A DNA stretch of 64,000 nucleotides from an uncultured Planctomycetales bacterium (lineage in GTDB: Bacteria > Omnitrophota > Gorgyraeia > Zapsychrales > JANLHA01): the NCBI GenBank assembly GCA_964489065.1, contig CAZAXH010000004.1:82553-146552 (forward strand). The letters are read 5' to 3'. Shown one piece after another: positions 48,454 to 58,949 of the stretch; the first letter of the stretch is position 1, and each line of letters opens with the position of its first letter. The position numbers were made by a program, and so were the translations under genes. A model generated the notes under the pieces. The model was given only the letters and a program-made list of their open reading frames with translations. It did no database searches and was not told the origin of the DNA.

Positions 48454-48803
48454 GGCCCGGGATCCCGAATTTCAATATGCGCGCGCAGATTAAGGTACTT
48501 AGCCGGGCCGATTCCCTTAATCTCTTTTAACTGCGCAAGATCACGAAACGGCCCGTATTTCTGCCGGTAGTCCATGATCCGCTGGGCCGTGACCGGCCCG
48601 ACACAAGGCAAGGCCAAGAGCTCTTCTTGAGACGCGCTGTTGATATCCAGTTTCCCGCCGGACAGTCTGCGCGGTTGGACGTACGACTGTGGCCGCGTGT
48701 CGGGGATCCGCTTGATCACACCCTGTATTCCGGTTCCCGTCACCAAAACCCCGACAAAAAAACATAAAACCAGACGCTCCTGCTTTGTCAGAAAAACAGG
48801 CAT
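48450..48803 (-). CDS. comEA: competence protein ComEA (helix-hairpin-helix DNA-binding)
   Basis: Signal/TM, then KLDINSASQEELLALPCVGPVTAQRIMDYRQKYGPFRDLAQLKEIKGIGPAKYLNL, which is a tandem HhH. Its stop overlaps the comEC start by 4 bp. Confidence 0.85.
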   Translation of the reverse strand: MPVFLTKQERLVLCFFVGVLVTGTGIQGVIKRIPDTRPQSYVQPRRLSGGKLDINSASQEELLALPCVGPVTAQRIMDYRQKYGPFRDLAQLKEIKGIGPAKYLNLRAHIEIRDPGP

Positions 48804-49180
48804 AAGGATTTCACCTTTCCATAAGTTAATAGGAGAACTAGCGGGGGTATTAATAAAAGAATAGGGAAGGCTTGCAGGAAAGTTTATTTAATCTTACCAA
48901 AAAAGTTGTGCGTGTCAAAAAATTTTTCACGCCGGCGAAAATATCCTGTGACCTCATTGACACAAAAACGAAATCCCTGGCCGAGGGGGGTATGGGGCCG
49001 CGCCTATATTTGCCGAAAGGCGGCCTTCCGGCGTTAAAAACTCTTGCTTAAGTCCAGGCCTTCCCTTATCATAAAATTTATTCTATGAATTTCAGAAGAA
49101 TCAGGACCAGCCCCTGACTCCGCGAGGCAAAGATTCCGTCCGGGGGCCACAAATCTTTGGGATGAAAAACAACAACAGCC

Positions 49181-51130
49181 ATGGATTTATTGAAAGGAAT
49201 GCACATGAAGCCCCCGATAAGGACAACAATCCGGCAGGCGCTGCTATCAGGGAAAGGGACAGGGCTTTTACTCGCCGCCATAACTTTCCTGATTTATTTC
49301 CATGCCTTTCCCAACGGATTCTTACTGGATGATTACAATTTTGTGGAACAAGAATATCAGGAAATATTTAAAACTCCGCAGGATTTCTTCGTGCACATTC
49401 CGCCCCGAACGCATCATTACGCCCCCCTTTATTACTGGACAAACACCGTCCTCTTTCGTCACTTTCAAGCTTATCCATATAGGATGCGCTTTATCCTGTG
49501 GATGGCGTTTCTCGCGAACGTGCTTTTTTTCTTTCAATCCATCCATCTCCTCCTGAAGGACCAAAAAACGGCTTTTCTCTGCGCGGCCTTGTTCGCTATC
49601 CATCCCATTCACGCATTCTATATTCATATGCCCAGCGGCGGTTTTGTGTTCTTCTACACGCTATGCCTGCAAGCGAGTCTGTTCTGGATGTGGAAATATC
49701 TGTCCGGCGCCGCAAGAAATACGGGCCTCTATCTCGCAAGCCTCTTATGCTTCCTGGCCGGGCTTCTCTTCTTTGAGGCCGCCGCCCTCTACCCCCTGTA
49801 TCTTTTGATTTTCATGAGATTTATCAGCACAGAGCGTTGGGGGGTTCACCTCAAACGCGCCCTGCCGTTTTTTACTCTTTCTCTAATCGACGTGTTTCTC
49901 TGGAGCTGGATATGCCGGGGAGAATCCGGTTTTCCGCAAAGAATCCTCCTGCTCGGCCTTTCTGTCCCCCGCTATACAGCGTCTGTAACGCGCCTGATAT
50001 TCTGGTATATGTCGCGGCTGCTCTATCCGGAAGGGCTCGTATTTATTTATAATATGCCCCCGGCACAACAAGAAATCTGGCTCTGGAACGGGCTCGCCGG
50101 ACTTCTATTGTTCTTATTCGTTCTTCTCATGAAACGGCGGCCTAAAGATATAAAAACCCTGGCGCTGGCCTGGTTTCTTACCGGCTGTCTCTTTGTCTTT
50201 CCCGCCAGTTTGACGCATGCTTATATGGGCATGGTGATCGAAACCCATTGGATATATTTCTCAAGCATAGGCCTGTTTCTTCTTTTAACTCTGGGCCTTA
50301 TCCGGGTTCTGAAAAAAATTCGGCCTGGTTTTCAATACGCTTGTTTAGGATTGACCGCGATCTATTTCATGGCCTGGACGCAGACCTATCATGTCATGGC
50401 GCGGTCAGAAAAAACTTACTGTGAATACTGGCTGAAAGTTTGCCCGGCGAACCTTATCCCCTTGATCAATTTATCCAAAATCTACGCCGAAGAAGGCCAG
50501 TTGACCCGGGCCACGGATTACGCCCGGCGCGCATTCCTGCTCGGCCGCGATTGTGTCCCCGCGACCTATGAAAACCTGGCTATGGTCTTAACTTTCAAAG
50601 GGGATGACGCGCAAGCGGAGGACGTCATCACCCGGGCCGCCGGCAAAGGATTCACGTCGCCTTGTTTACTCAACACCCTCGGCGTTATTCACCGCCGTCA
50701 AGGGAACAGCCTCACCGCGGAGCAGGATTTTCTCACCGCCATTAAGCAGGCACCGCGGTACGTTTTGCCCAGGTTAAATTTGGCCAAACTCTATAGTTCC
50801 TCCGGGCGGGAAAAGGAAGCCGTCCGCTGTTATGAAACCGCCCTGTCGCTCCAGCCTGATAAAAAACAAATCTTTCATATTCAACGCCATCTCATGGTGC
50901 TGTATTTAAAACAGAATGCCCCCGACCGATATCACGGGCTTGTCCAGAAGGCGCTGACCCAAAATCCTGTCCAGCGGACATACCTCCGATTAAGCCGTAC
51001 TCTTGAAACATATCATTACTGGCGTGAAGCCCAAGCCTTGTTAAACCAGGCCCAGGAACATTACCCGGAAGATGCTTCCTTACAACAATATTACCGGGAT
51101 TTTATGAAAAGATATGACGCCGCCCGGTGA
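49181..51130 (+). CDS. PMT/TMTC-like membrane protein with C-terminal TPR repeats, paralog 4
   Basis: Polytopic N-terminal domain with FLLDDYNFVEQEY loop motif; C-terminal TPR repeats. Only + strand member of the family here. The exact start is uncertain (Met at 49181 or 49193). Confidence 0.65.
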   Translation: MDLLKGMHMKPPIRTTIRQALLSGKGTGLLLAAITFLIYFHAFPNGFLLDDYNFVEQEYQEIFKTPQDFFVHIPPRTHHYAPLYYWTNTVLFRHFQAYPYRMRFILWMAFLANVLFFFQSIHLLLKDQKTAFLCAALFAIHPIHAFYIHMPSGGFVFFYTLCLQASLFWMWKYLSGAARNTGLYLASLLCFLAGLLFFEAAALYPLYLLIFMRFISTERWGVHLKRALPFFTLSLIDVFLWSWICRGESGFPQRILLLGLSVPRYTASVTRLIFWYMSRLLYPEGLVFIYNMPPAQQEIWLWNGLAGLLLFLFVLLMKRRPKDIKTLALAWFLTGCLFVFPASLTHAYMGMVIETHWIYFSSIGLFLLLTLGLIRVLKKIRPGFQYACLGLTAIYFMAWTQTYHVMARSEKTYCEYWLKVCPANLIPLINLSKIYAEEGQLTRATDYARRAFLLGRDCVPATYENLAMVLTFKGDDAQAEDVITRAAGKGFTSPCLLNTLGVIHRRQGNSLTAEQDFLTAIKQAPRYVLPRLNLAKLYSSSGREKEAVRCYETALSLQPDKKQIFHIQRHLMVLYLKQNAPDRYHGLVQKALTQNPVQRTYLRLSRTLETYHYWREAQALLNQAQEHYPEDASLQQYYRDFMKRYDAAR

Positions 51131-51173
51131 AATTCCCGGGGCTCACGGCAGGGATTTTCAAAAAAAAATAACG

Positions 51174-51221
51174 GGCTGGGGGCCCCGGGGAACAACAACC
51201 CCCCATTCACACCCCCAGCCC
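51174..51221 (-). terminator. putative terminator hairpin between convergent genes
   Basis: A 10-bp stem GGGCTGGGGG/CCCCCAGCCC with a long GC-rich loop and a T-run on the minus strand (ttttcaaaaaaaaataac on +). Confidence 0.3.
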
Positions 51222-51236
51222 ATCATGTTCCAGAGC

Positions 51237-51698
51237 TTATCCTTCCAGCACCAATAACTGATCTTTCGCCGCCTTAGCCGGAGCCCAGAACCACGGCCCG
51301 TTCGGGTCCCAACACTGGCCATACGTGAATTCCTCGACCAACATCTTAAACGCCGCCTTGGCGTCCTCTTCCCGGCCCAGCTCAAGCAAGGCTTTGCCTT
51401 TGATAAACAAACTTGTCGCCACATCATTCAGCGCCCAATAATTCGTGTGAATCTCTTCCGTGGCTCCGGCGGGATAGTCCTTCAGAGTCGCCTGCATCTG
51501 CCGCGCCTGGTCCGCATAAAGTTCGATACATTTATCTGTATAGACAACCGCTCCCTCGTAATCCTTACCGTTGAGGGCGCCCCAGGCTTTCACCGTGAGG
51601 GTGGATGATTTGTAGTCCCCGAAATCCAGCGCCCGCGCGACCGTCGAGGCGGCAAGCAGGCTCCCCGCAACCGTCAAAATAATTAAATACCGTTTCAT
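51237..51698 (-). CDS. hypothetical secreted protein
   Basis: Signal peptide MKRYLIILTVAGSLLAASTVARA; ~130-aa helical/TPR-like soluble domain; no family recognised. The start is trimmed to MKRYL. Confidence 0.4.
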   Translation of the reverse strand: MKRYLIILTVAGSLLAASTVARALDFGDYKSSTLTVKAWGALNGKDYEGAVVYTDKCIELYADQARQMQATLKDYPAGATEEIHTNYWALNDVATSLFIKGKALLELGREEDAKAAFKMLVEEFTYGQCWDPNGPWFWAPAKAAKDQLLVLEG

Positions 51699-51763
51699 GA
51701 TACGCCCCTTTCCTTTCATGGTTTTTTGTTGTTTCTGCCCTTCCCAAACAGGGCCCATCGCCT

Positions 51764-53005
51764 CTAAAGCTCTCCGGCGAATTTTTCCTTGATCACCTCA
51801 TAAGCCGCCCGGGGTCGCAGGATGTCCAACTGGCCTGGAACCGGATTGGGCTCCAAAGCCATCACCCCGTACCACTCTTGATTCATATAACCGTCCGGCC
51901 CCGCGTGAGCTCCCGGCGTATACCCGCAGTCATGCGTGACGGCCGACGGAGCCCACTCCCCCTCATCTTTCCACCATCCGTCGGCGTACTGGAACACCAC
52001 CCCGCCTATATTCGGGCCGCCATGAGCCGCGTTATAACCCAAAATCGTGTCCCAACAACCGGCGATATACCTGGCCTGCATGTCCGGACGCTCTTTACCA
52101 TTCTCCGGATGATCCGCTCCAAGAACAAACCACGCGTCCGTGCCGAATTCCGTTATCAAGACCGGCTTAGCGGACCGCTTCTGGTACTGCAGAAAAAAAT
52201 TGTTTGTCTTAGATCCGAAATCTTCCCCACGATACACGTTGCATCCATGGATATCCACGTCGGGTAAGACGTCATCCGTCGCATGGATCCCAATGTCACC
52301 CAAGTCCGCGGAAACCATCATCACCGGGTGAAAAGAATCTCCTTCCACTGCCTTAATTTTCCTAGCCAGCGTATTTATAAATTTATAAAAAGCGGCCGCC
52401 TGATCCTCCCTCCGGCAGGATTCGTCCGCGCCTTTGTAAGTACAGAAAGCCATTTCGTTCTCGTTGGCGATGCCCCACATTAAGATCGCCGGGTCATCCT
52501 TGAATTCCGCGACATAGTCCAGGATGTCCTTTTCCAAGGAAGACAGATCGCCGTTCACATAATCCGACTGATGCGGAATCCAGTAACCGGCAATGACCTT
52601 TAACCCCTGTTCGTTAGCTTTCTTAAGAAGAGCCGGGGTAACCTTTCCCCATGTCCGGATCGTGTTGGCATTCATGCCTTTGATCAAAGGCAGGTCCTGG
52701 TCTAAGAGAAGAGGATTCTCATACTCCTGCTCCCCCGGGCAATCAAATTGCGGCTGCCCGTCCGTGGTGCCGCGGTACCAGCATAAGCCGTACTGGGAGG
52801 GGAACGACCCGATCGGCGTGTTAGAATACCCCATCCCTTTCACCAGAAACGGCTCATACCGGCCGTCCCGGTCAAAATCCGTCAATAACTGCCGCCCTTC
52901 GACTTTGACATAAGGATACGCCCAACAGGAAGAAACCTCTGATAAGAAAAAACCCACAATCGCCCCAACCACTATTCCGTATTGAATCCCTGTCCTTTTC
53001 ATCAT
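51764..53005 (-). CDS. secreted clan GH-A TIM-barrel glycoside hydrolase/transglycosylase, GH72-like (short paralog)
   Basis: Signal peptide; FLVKGMGYS...QDLPLIKGMNANTIRTWGKV...GLKVIAGY...AILMWGIANENE (acid/base NE)...KPVLITEFGTDAW (nucleophile TExG). Order and spacing parallel fungal Gas1/Gel (FYIRGVAYQ...RDIPYLKKLNTNVIRVY...FFAGNEV...FFSEYGC). Confidence 0.55.
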   Translation of the reverse strand: MMKRTGIQYGIVVGAIVGFFLSEVSSCWAYPYVKVEGRQLLTDFDRDGRYEPFLVKGMGYSNTPIGSFPSQYGLCWYRGTTDGQPQFDCPGEQEYENPLLLDQDLPLIKGMNANTIRTWGKVTPALLKKANEQGLKVIAGYWIPHQSDYVNGDLSSLEKDILDYVAEFKDDPAILMWGIANENEMAFCTYKGADESCRREDQAAAFYKFINTLARKIKAVEGDSFHPVMMVSADLGDIGIHATDDVLPDVDIHGCNVYRGEDFGSKTNNFFLQYQKRSAKPVLITEFGTDAWFVLGADHPENGKERPDMQARYIAGCWDTILGYNAAHGGPNIGGVVFQYADGWWKDEGEWAPSAVTHDCGYTPGAHAGPDGYMNQEWYGVMALEPNPVPGQLDILRPRAAYEVIKEKFAGEL

Positions 53006-53239
53006 AATATCCTCCTTTCAAGTTCAAGATCTGCTCTCCGACAAAGCTCCCTTGCGGCCATAAAAAAGCACCACCTCCTTTAAGATGAAGATTGCAAAGG
53101 AGACGGTGCCTTGCTATACTAATAATCGCAAAACAGTCCTGAGGACCGGCTCCCATGCTATCCTCGGGTTACTTACGGTGTGCGGGTGGCCGCCCGTACG
53201 CCGTTTTTTTTCCCCAAGATCAAACCTGCCGCTTCCCAT

Positions 53240-54283
53240 TTAGAAATTATACTCAATCCTCGATTGCGGTATCCAAGTGTGCCATTCCGCCTCCAACTGC
53301 CGGAGCCCACCCGGATAATAACGCTCGATTGCCCGGTGTCCAGGAAAATTTTTATGATGAAATCGCCTGAGTTCGTGGATCAGCCCGGCAAACGCGGCCC
53401 GGCCTTTTTCCGTCGACAATAAAAACGTTACCAAAGACCAGGATATAATGCTCATCGGGCCATTCGCCTGTTCGTTACGTTGCCGCCACTGCTCGTCCGT
53501 CAAACGGAGGAAATCTTCGAGGGGCATAAGCACTCCGGCCTGCAGCCATTTTTTCATCCGTTGGTCCTTATGCGTCTGCGGCCGCACAACCACAGAATCC
53601 GCCTCCAGAGTGCCGTACGCAAAAAACTCCGCCAGCCCCTCCTCGATCCAGGGTGGGCATCGGGAAATTTGCCGGCGCAAAATAGCGCGGCTGGCTTCGT
53701 GATAAAGGATACGCAGCATGTTGCGTTCATTTTCGTTTTTCCAAAGGACCATTTCTTTCTTTTCCAAGGAATAAAAGCCGGCGTCCGACCGGGAGGCCGA
53801 GTCCTGCCCCAGATAGGATTGATACGCACCGAAATCCCCGAAGATACGGGTTTTAAACATGCGTTCCCGGTTAAAGTCCAGGCCAAACACATCTTCAAAA
53901 ACAATGAACATTTTGGAAATCACACACACGATTTCCTCCCGCACCTCGGGCGAAAGAGTGTGCCCTTCGGAAAGGATCTCCACATCAACCGGCGTAAACG
54001 GCCTGCCTGGGCTTCCCGGCTGGGGAACACGCGGTGGATAGGGGGCCCGCGTCCCGACTTTCGTGACTACAGGGGTCTCCGTTTCGATCTTCTGAATAAG
54101 GCGTTTCTGCAGGGAAAAAATCCTCCGGTCGGTTTTGATCTTCAAGGCGTCATCCGTTTCTTCCACAATCGTTCCTTCCACAATTTTTCCGGACCGCAAG
54201 TAAAACGTGTCTCCGACCGCCAGGGCCGGCTGCCCCAGGAGCGCCGTCCACACAATGCCCGCTATAAGGCAATGTCTTTTCAT
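53240..54283 (-). CDS. secreted DUF1570-like protein (possible peptidase-like fold, HEXXH not intact)
   Basis: Signal peptide; N-terminal beta-rich segment (FYLRSGKIVEGTIVEE); central ...LRILYHEASRAILRRQ..; C-terminal helical region. The family assignment is tentative. Confidence 0.4.
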   Translation of the reverse strand: MKRHCLIAGIVWTALLGQPALAVGDTFYLRSGKIVEGTIVEETDDALKIKTDRRIFSLQKRLIQKIETETPVVTKVGTRAPYPPRVPQPGSPGRPFTPVDVEILSEGHTLSPEVREEIVCVISKMFIVFEDVFGLDFNRERMFKTRIFGDFGAYQSYLGQDSASRSDAGFYSLEKKEMVLWKNENERNMLRILYHEASRAILRRQISRCPPWIEEGLAEFFAYGTLEADSVVVRPQTHKDQRMKKWLQAGVLMPLEDFLRLTDEQWRQRNEQANGPMSIISWSLVTFLLSTEKGRAAFAGLIHELRRFHHKNFPGHRAIERYYPGGLRQLEAEWHTWIPQSRIEYNF

Positions 54284-56262
54284 GGTTTCCTCCCCGGCTC
54301 CGGGACCGTTTGATCATAAACGGGAAAAACATCGAAAAGGACGTTCCCATACACAAGCCCTCCCCGCCCGTCACTGACGAGACTGATCACATTGACCATT
54401 GTTTGCTCCGATACGTCCGGAGGGATATACGTCACTTCCGGCCCGTCGCCCTGAACGCTTCCCAAGCTGGGAAGCCACCGGTAAACCAAAGTGTCCCCGT
54501 CTTCATCCCGGGCCTGCACTTTCAACATCCCGTTCTTGTTCTCCTGAACAGATCGCGGCGTGATCACCGGCGAAGAAATAATAACGGGCGCACGGTTATT
54601 CCCCTGCCGCTGGGGAACAAAGTTAATATCGGCCTGTCCATACATCTGCGCCGATACCGTTGAAACCGGGCGGGCATTCCCATAAGCGAATGTCGAACTT
54701 TCAATCCGGATATCCCCGCAGGTCAACGGCAAGGGGGAGATGTCATAAGAATGGCTGCCGCCGCTCCCCTCCAGAGTCACCGCCACGGTGTAGGTGTAGC
54801 TCGGGATAACGTCTACCGGAGAAATGTCGCTGTACGACCATGTGCCGGCTGACGTCACCTTCGTCTGCGCCAGCAACACCCCCGTCATCTTATTCCACAA
54901 GGAGACCACTTTGGTCCCGTTAAACAAACCGCCCAGTTGAGTGATCTGTCCCGGCTGCAGAGGCGTGAAATGATACCCGGCCGTGTAATTCCAGGCAACG
55001 TCCTTTCTTAGGGTTCCTTTGCCGAAACTCTGCCAGGGCCGCTCCGGAGGGCGATCCGTGAATTTCTGCTGCATGACGGTATAAGCGAGCCGCGGTTTAA
55101 CCCAATCGTATTTTTGCCCTTCCTCCGGCGGCCTCAAAGCCATAAGACCGAACCACTCCGGGTTGGTAAACCCGTCAGGGCCGGAATAAAAACCAACGAT
55201 ATAATTCTGATCGTGCGTCGCGCAGGTGGGGGACCACTCGCCCTTATACTGCCACCAACTGTCGGCGAAAGGAGAGACAACCCCGCCCAGGACAAAACCA
55301 CCGCGCCCGCCGGAATATTTCAATAACGTGTCCCACTCTTCGGCGAGAAAAGAAGCCTGGAGGTCCTCCCGTTCAACCCCGCGCTCCGGCCGTTTTCCGT
55401 CCAGGACAAACCAGGCGTCCACACCGAATTCGGAGATTAAAAGCGGTTTGGCCGAACGGTTGGCGTACAGTTCAAAGAAATTGCTGAAATCCTGGCCCCG
55501 GTAAACATTACATCCGTGCAGATCCACTTCCTTTAACCGTTCATCACTGGCCGCCTGGCCGATATCCCCCAGATCCGCGGAGATCATCATCACGGGATGA
55601 AAGGAATCGCCCTCTATTGTCTTAATCTGGCGGGCTAAATAATTAACAAAACCATAATAAGCCTTGGCCTGCTCCGCCCGGCTGCAGTCGCTTTGGGCCC
55701 CCTGAAAATTACAGAGATCCGTTTCATTCTGGTACCCCACGACCCACATCAGCAACGCTGGATGATCCTTAAAGGCCTGAACATAACGCAGGAAATCCCG
55801 CTCCACCCCGGAGAGATCGCCGTTCACAAAGTCCAGGTTATGATCAAGCCAGTAGCCGGCGATCACCTTTAACCCCAGTTCCCGGGCTTTATCCATCAAT
55901 GGCGACGTCACCTTGCCCCATGTCCGGATTGTGTTGGCGTTCATGGCTTTTATAATAGACAAATCCCTCTCGATCATCACCGGGTCCTCATATTCTTTAA
56001 CCCCGGGGCAGTCAAATTGGGGTTTCCCGCTGACAAGGCCTTTATACCAACACAGTCCATATTCGCTGGGGAACGCCCCCGTGGGGATAGCGTTATACCC
56101 GACGCCCTTGACAAAGAAAGGTGTATACGTCCCGTCCTGATCATAATCAGCGACCAACTGACATCCTTCCACCCGGACATGCTGATAGGCCCACACCGAA
56201 GATGTCCAAAACAGAACGCTCCCTAATACAGCCGCCGATACCCGCCCGGCCCTCTTCTTCAT
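54280..56262 (-). CDS. secreted clan GH-A TIM-barrel glycoside hydrolase/transglycosylase, GH72-like (long paralog with ~300-aa C-terminal beta-rich extension)
   Basis: Paralogous to 51764..53005 (FFVKGVGYN...ANTIRTWGKVT...LMWVVGYQNE...KPLLISEFGVDAW), plus a C-terminal Ig-/CBM-like region. Its stop overlaps the start of 53240..54283 by 4 bp. Confidence 0.55.
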   Translation of the reverse strand: MKKRAGRVSAAVLGSVLFWTSSVWAYQHVRVEGCQLVADYDQDGTYTPFFVKGVGYNAIPTGAFPSEYGLCWYKGLVSGKPQFDCPGVKEYEDPVMIERDLSIIKAMNANTIRTWGKVTSPLMDKARELGLKVIAGYWLDHNLDFVNGDLSGVERDFLRYVQAFKDHPALLMWVVGYQNETDLCNFQGAQSDCSRAEQAKAYYGFVNYLARQIKTIEGDSFHPVMMISADLGDIGQAASDERLKEVDLHGCNVYRGQDFSNFFELYANRSAKPLLISEFGVDAWFVLDGKRPERGVEREDLQASFLAEEWDTLLKYSGGRGGFVLGGVVSPFADSWWQYKGEWSPTCATHDQNYIVGFYSGPDGFTNPEWFGLMALRPPEEGQKYDWVKPRLAYTVMQQKFTDRPPERPWQSFGKGTLRKDVAWNYTAGYHFTPLQPGQITQLGGLFNGTKVVSLWNKMTGVLLAQTKVTSAGTWSYSDISPVDVIPSYTYTVAVTLEGSGGSHSYDISPLPLTCGDIRIESSTFAYGNARPVSTVSAQMYGQADINFVPQRQGNNRAPVIISSPVITPRSVQENKNGMLKVQARDEDGDTLVYRWLPSLGSVQGDGPEVTYIPPDVSEQTMVNVISLVSDGRGGLVYGNVLFDVFPVYDQTVPEPGRKP

Positions 56263-56331
56263 AATGATCTCCTTGTCTTTTTAAAAATACCCTCTTGCTT
56301 TCCTCGGCGGACCGGGGCAACGGCCCGACGA

Positions 56332-58029
56332 TCATTTTTTAAAGTCACTGGTTTCCGGGAGGACAAAACCGGATAAGCGCAACCGCCTGTTCAAAGAACC
56401 CCGATCCAACGCATCCAGACGGATCAAGACCGCCTCTTTCAACCAAGACTGCTGCCCCCCGGGTAAAGAGTCCCCGGGGTTGAGGGAAGAAAAATCATAC
56501 CGTTTAACCTTAAAATCCAGCCGCCCTGCCCCCGCCGGCCAAGCCAGGTCAATTCTGGTTACCGGCTGAGCAAGGGTGTCCACCAAAAACGCTTCCTTGC
56601 GGACAGGATGAACCAAAACGTACGTCCGGGTAAAATCCAAGGACGTGTCTTCTCCATAAGGGACAGCCCCTGGCCTGAAACCCGATGACACGCTCAAGGA
56701 CTTTTCTCCGACAATAACCGTAACCCCAGAGGGTTTTTCGACGATATCAAGAATAACGCTTTCCGTGCCTCCCGCCAGGCTTTTCGCCCCCCGGATCAGA
56801 GGCATTTTCACGCCGATGCGATATTCATAGACATCAAACGTCCCCACGCCTTCATAGGTCCCGCTCTGTTTCTGATACCGGTCATAAACCGGTTCCGGCA
56901 GCCGCAAAACAGCATACCGGGGCTCCTCCCCGTCGTAAGGATTCATCACGACGAAATCTTGTAGGGCATGCTGAATCGAGTCCTGCAACCGGCGGCTTGA
57001 AAGCAAAACGACAGGAGAACTCAAAGCCCCGGAAGAAAACACCTTAACACCGGGACCATACGAAACAAACGGGGTGGGCCCCACCCGACGCAATATGGCA
57101 AACAGGCCGGGGTGAAGGCCCAGCACCTGAACAGGCATCGATACGACGCGATCCCTGGTTAAACGGTTCCCGGAAACCATGTTGCCCGCAACCGTCATCT
57201 GGCCTGTCCGGATAACTGTTTGCGGCGGGTTAATCTGGACGGGCCTTCGCTCCAGCGCGCCCTGCGGCAGGGCAACAAAGGCCACAGGGATCAACACAAT
57301 CCCGGCAATCATCCCCAGAACCGTCCGTGAGGTCCGGCGGGTCTTGTATTGATACGCTATTAAAAACGCGCATACAAAAATCATAAGCGCTTGATGTGAC
57401 AGCGACACGGCGGTCATCCCGGGGATGAGAAAACCGTCCTCTCCTCCTCGCTCGGCCATAGCCCCGCCGAGAAACAGCCCCCTAGCCAAGACAGAAAACA
57501 AAGCCCCCGCGGTCAGCCCCGCTAAAGCCGCGGCCATTCCGGTCAAAACAAATTTATGAAATTTTTCCGTAACGCCGGCCATTAAAAATACCGGAGCAAC
57601 ACAAGCGCTTTTTTCAATCGCGATCAGCACGGCCGCAGGCAGAATGTCCTTCCAGCCAAGCCCATTAACCGCCAGCACCACGATCTCCAGCAGCAAGGGG
57701 AGGCCGACAAAAAGACTTCCCACCAATACAACTTTGGCCCGGAGTAAAGAAAAGCGGGAAACCGGCCTGGTCATCCAAAATGCTGTTGTGCCAACCGTCG
57801 GATCGGCCTGAATAATCAAAGGGACAAAGATGATCATTAAAACCGCCTGCAAGACCGACAGGCTCTGCAAGACCAAGGGCTGGATGATTCTAAACATCAA
57901 TTGAGTGCTCAACAGCGTCCCTCCAAGCAAGGCGATCCCCTGGGTTACGCCGACTACGCCTAACCACGACAAAAGGATAAAACGGAACCGTTTGAGATCT
58001 TTTTCCAAGACTAAAACAGCATGGGGCAT
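56332..58029 (-). CDS. ABC-2-type transporter permease with large C-terminal extracytoplasmic domain
   Basis: Six TM helices in the first ~260 aa, then a ~300-aa soluble domain. Paired with the upstream ATPase gene. Confidence 0.55.
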   Translation of the reverse strand: MPHAVLVLEKDLKRFRFILLSWLGVVGVTQGIALLGGTLLSTQLMFRIIQPLVLQSLSVLQAVLMIIFVPLIIQADPTVGTTAFWMTRPVSRFSLLRAKVVLVGSLFVGLPLLLEIVVLAVNGLGWKDILPAAVLIAIEKSACVAPVFLMAGVTEKFHKFVLTGMAAALAGLTAGALFSVLARGLFLGGAMAERGGEDGFLIPGMTAVSLSHQALMIFVCAFLIAYQYKTRRTSRTVLGMIAGIVLIPVAFVALPQGALERRPVQINPPQTVIRTGQMTVAGNMVSGNRLTRDRVVSMPVQVLGLHPGLFAILRRVGPTPFVSYGPGVKVFSSGALSSPVVLLSSRRLQDSIQHALQDFVVMNPYDGEEPRYAVLRLPEPVYDRYQKQSGTYEGVGTFDVYEYRIGVKMPLIRGAKSLAGGTESVILDIVEKPSGVTVIVGEKSLSVSSGFRPGAVPYGEDTSLDFTRTYVLVHPVRKEAFLVDTLAQPVTRIDLAWPAGAGRLDFKVKRYDFSSLNPGDSLPGGQQSWLKEAVLIRLDALDRGSLNRRLRLSGFVLPETSDFKK

Positions 58030-58040
58030 AGGTTCTTCTC

Positions 58041-58949
58041 CTATATATTCAACATCTTTAACTGCCTGGCCTGGATTAAAAATATTTCTTTCAGGGACAT
58101 CCCCTGGACATCAATGGCGGAAACTGACGGCAAACCCTTCCGGTATTCCTTTTCACTCTCTCCTAGCCGGTAGGCATCGTCCACAAAACAGACAAACCGC
58201 CCTTCCTGTTGAGGCAACAGCCAATTCACCGGGAAAGGGATATCCGATTCCGGAGATTTCTGCAAAGTCACATTGATTCTCTTAAACCGGGCCTGCAGGG
58301 ATCCCGTGGTTTCACTCAGCCGCAATTGCCCTTTATGAAGAAACCCGACCCAGTCCGCCAGATGCTCCACTTCCTCTATATCGTGTGACGATATAAAAAT
58401 CGTCCATTCCTCTGTTTCGGTCAACGCCATAATTCCATCCATCAAATCCTTGCGGGCCACCGGATCCAGGCCGCTGAAGGGTTCATCTAAAATCAGCAGC
58501 TTCGGGCGATAGGCCAAAGAAGCGATAAGCGCTGCCTTCATTTTCATTCCCCGGGATAACTGTTCCATAGGTTCATCCACGGGAAGATCAAACTGCCTGG
58601 TCAGCGACTGGCAAAAGCCCTCATCCCACTGGGGATACATGGGCCGGCAATAATCAAAAAGCTCATCTGCCGTCATCCCCTCCGGCAACACCTGGTTCTC
58701 CGACACATACCCGATCTGCTGGAACGCCTTCGCGTCCAAATCCGTGGAAGCCACGCCCCAGATCTTCACCGTACCACTGGTAGGCCGCAGAATGTTAACA
58801 ATAGTTTTTATCGTGGTTGTTTTCCCGGCTCCGTTAGGCCCCAGATACGCGTAAATGCTGCCCGCCGGGACATCCAAGTCCACTCTCGCCAAAACGGTCC
58901 TAGCTCCAAATTTCTTCGTTAAGCCTCTGCTTTCTATAACGGTCTTCAT
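58041..58949 (-). CDS. ABC transporter ATP-binding protein
   Basis: Walker A GPNGAGKTT, signature LSRGMKMK, Walker B LLILDEPFSGLD, plus a ~80-aa C-terminal extension. Confidence 0.9.
   Translation of the reverse strand: MKTVIESRGLTKKFGARTVLARVDLDVPAGSIYAYLGPNGAGKTTTIKTIVNILRPTSGTVKIWGVASTDLDAKAFQQIGYVSENQVLPEGMTADELFDYCRPMYPQWDEGFCQSLTRQFDLPVDEPMEQLSRGMKMKAALIASLAYRPKLLILDEPFSGLDPVARKDLMDGIMALTETEEWTIFISSHDIEEVEHLADWVGFLHKGQLRLSETTGSLQARFKRINVTLQKSPESDIPFPVNWLLPQQEGRFVCFVDDAYRLGESEKEYRKGLPSVSAIDVQGMSLKEIFLIQARQLKMLNI

Noticed and set aside
53700-53760. HEXXH-like zinc-binding site in the DUF1570-like protein (..LRILYHEASRAIL..)
   Set aside because: The sequence is H-E-A-S-R, so the second His of a HEXXH motif is absent. 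A metalloprotease call is not supported from sequence alone.
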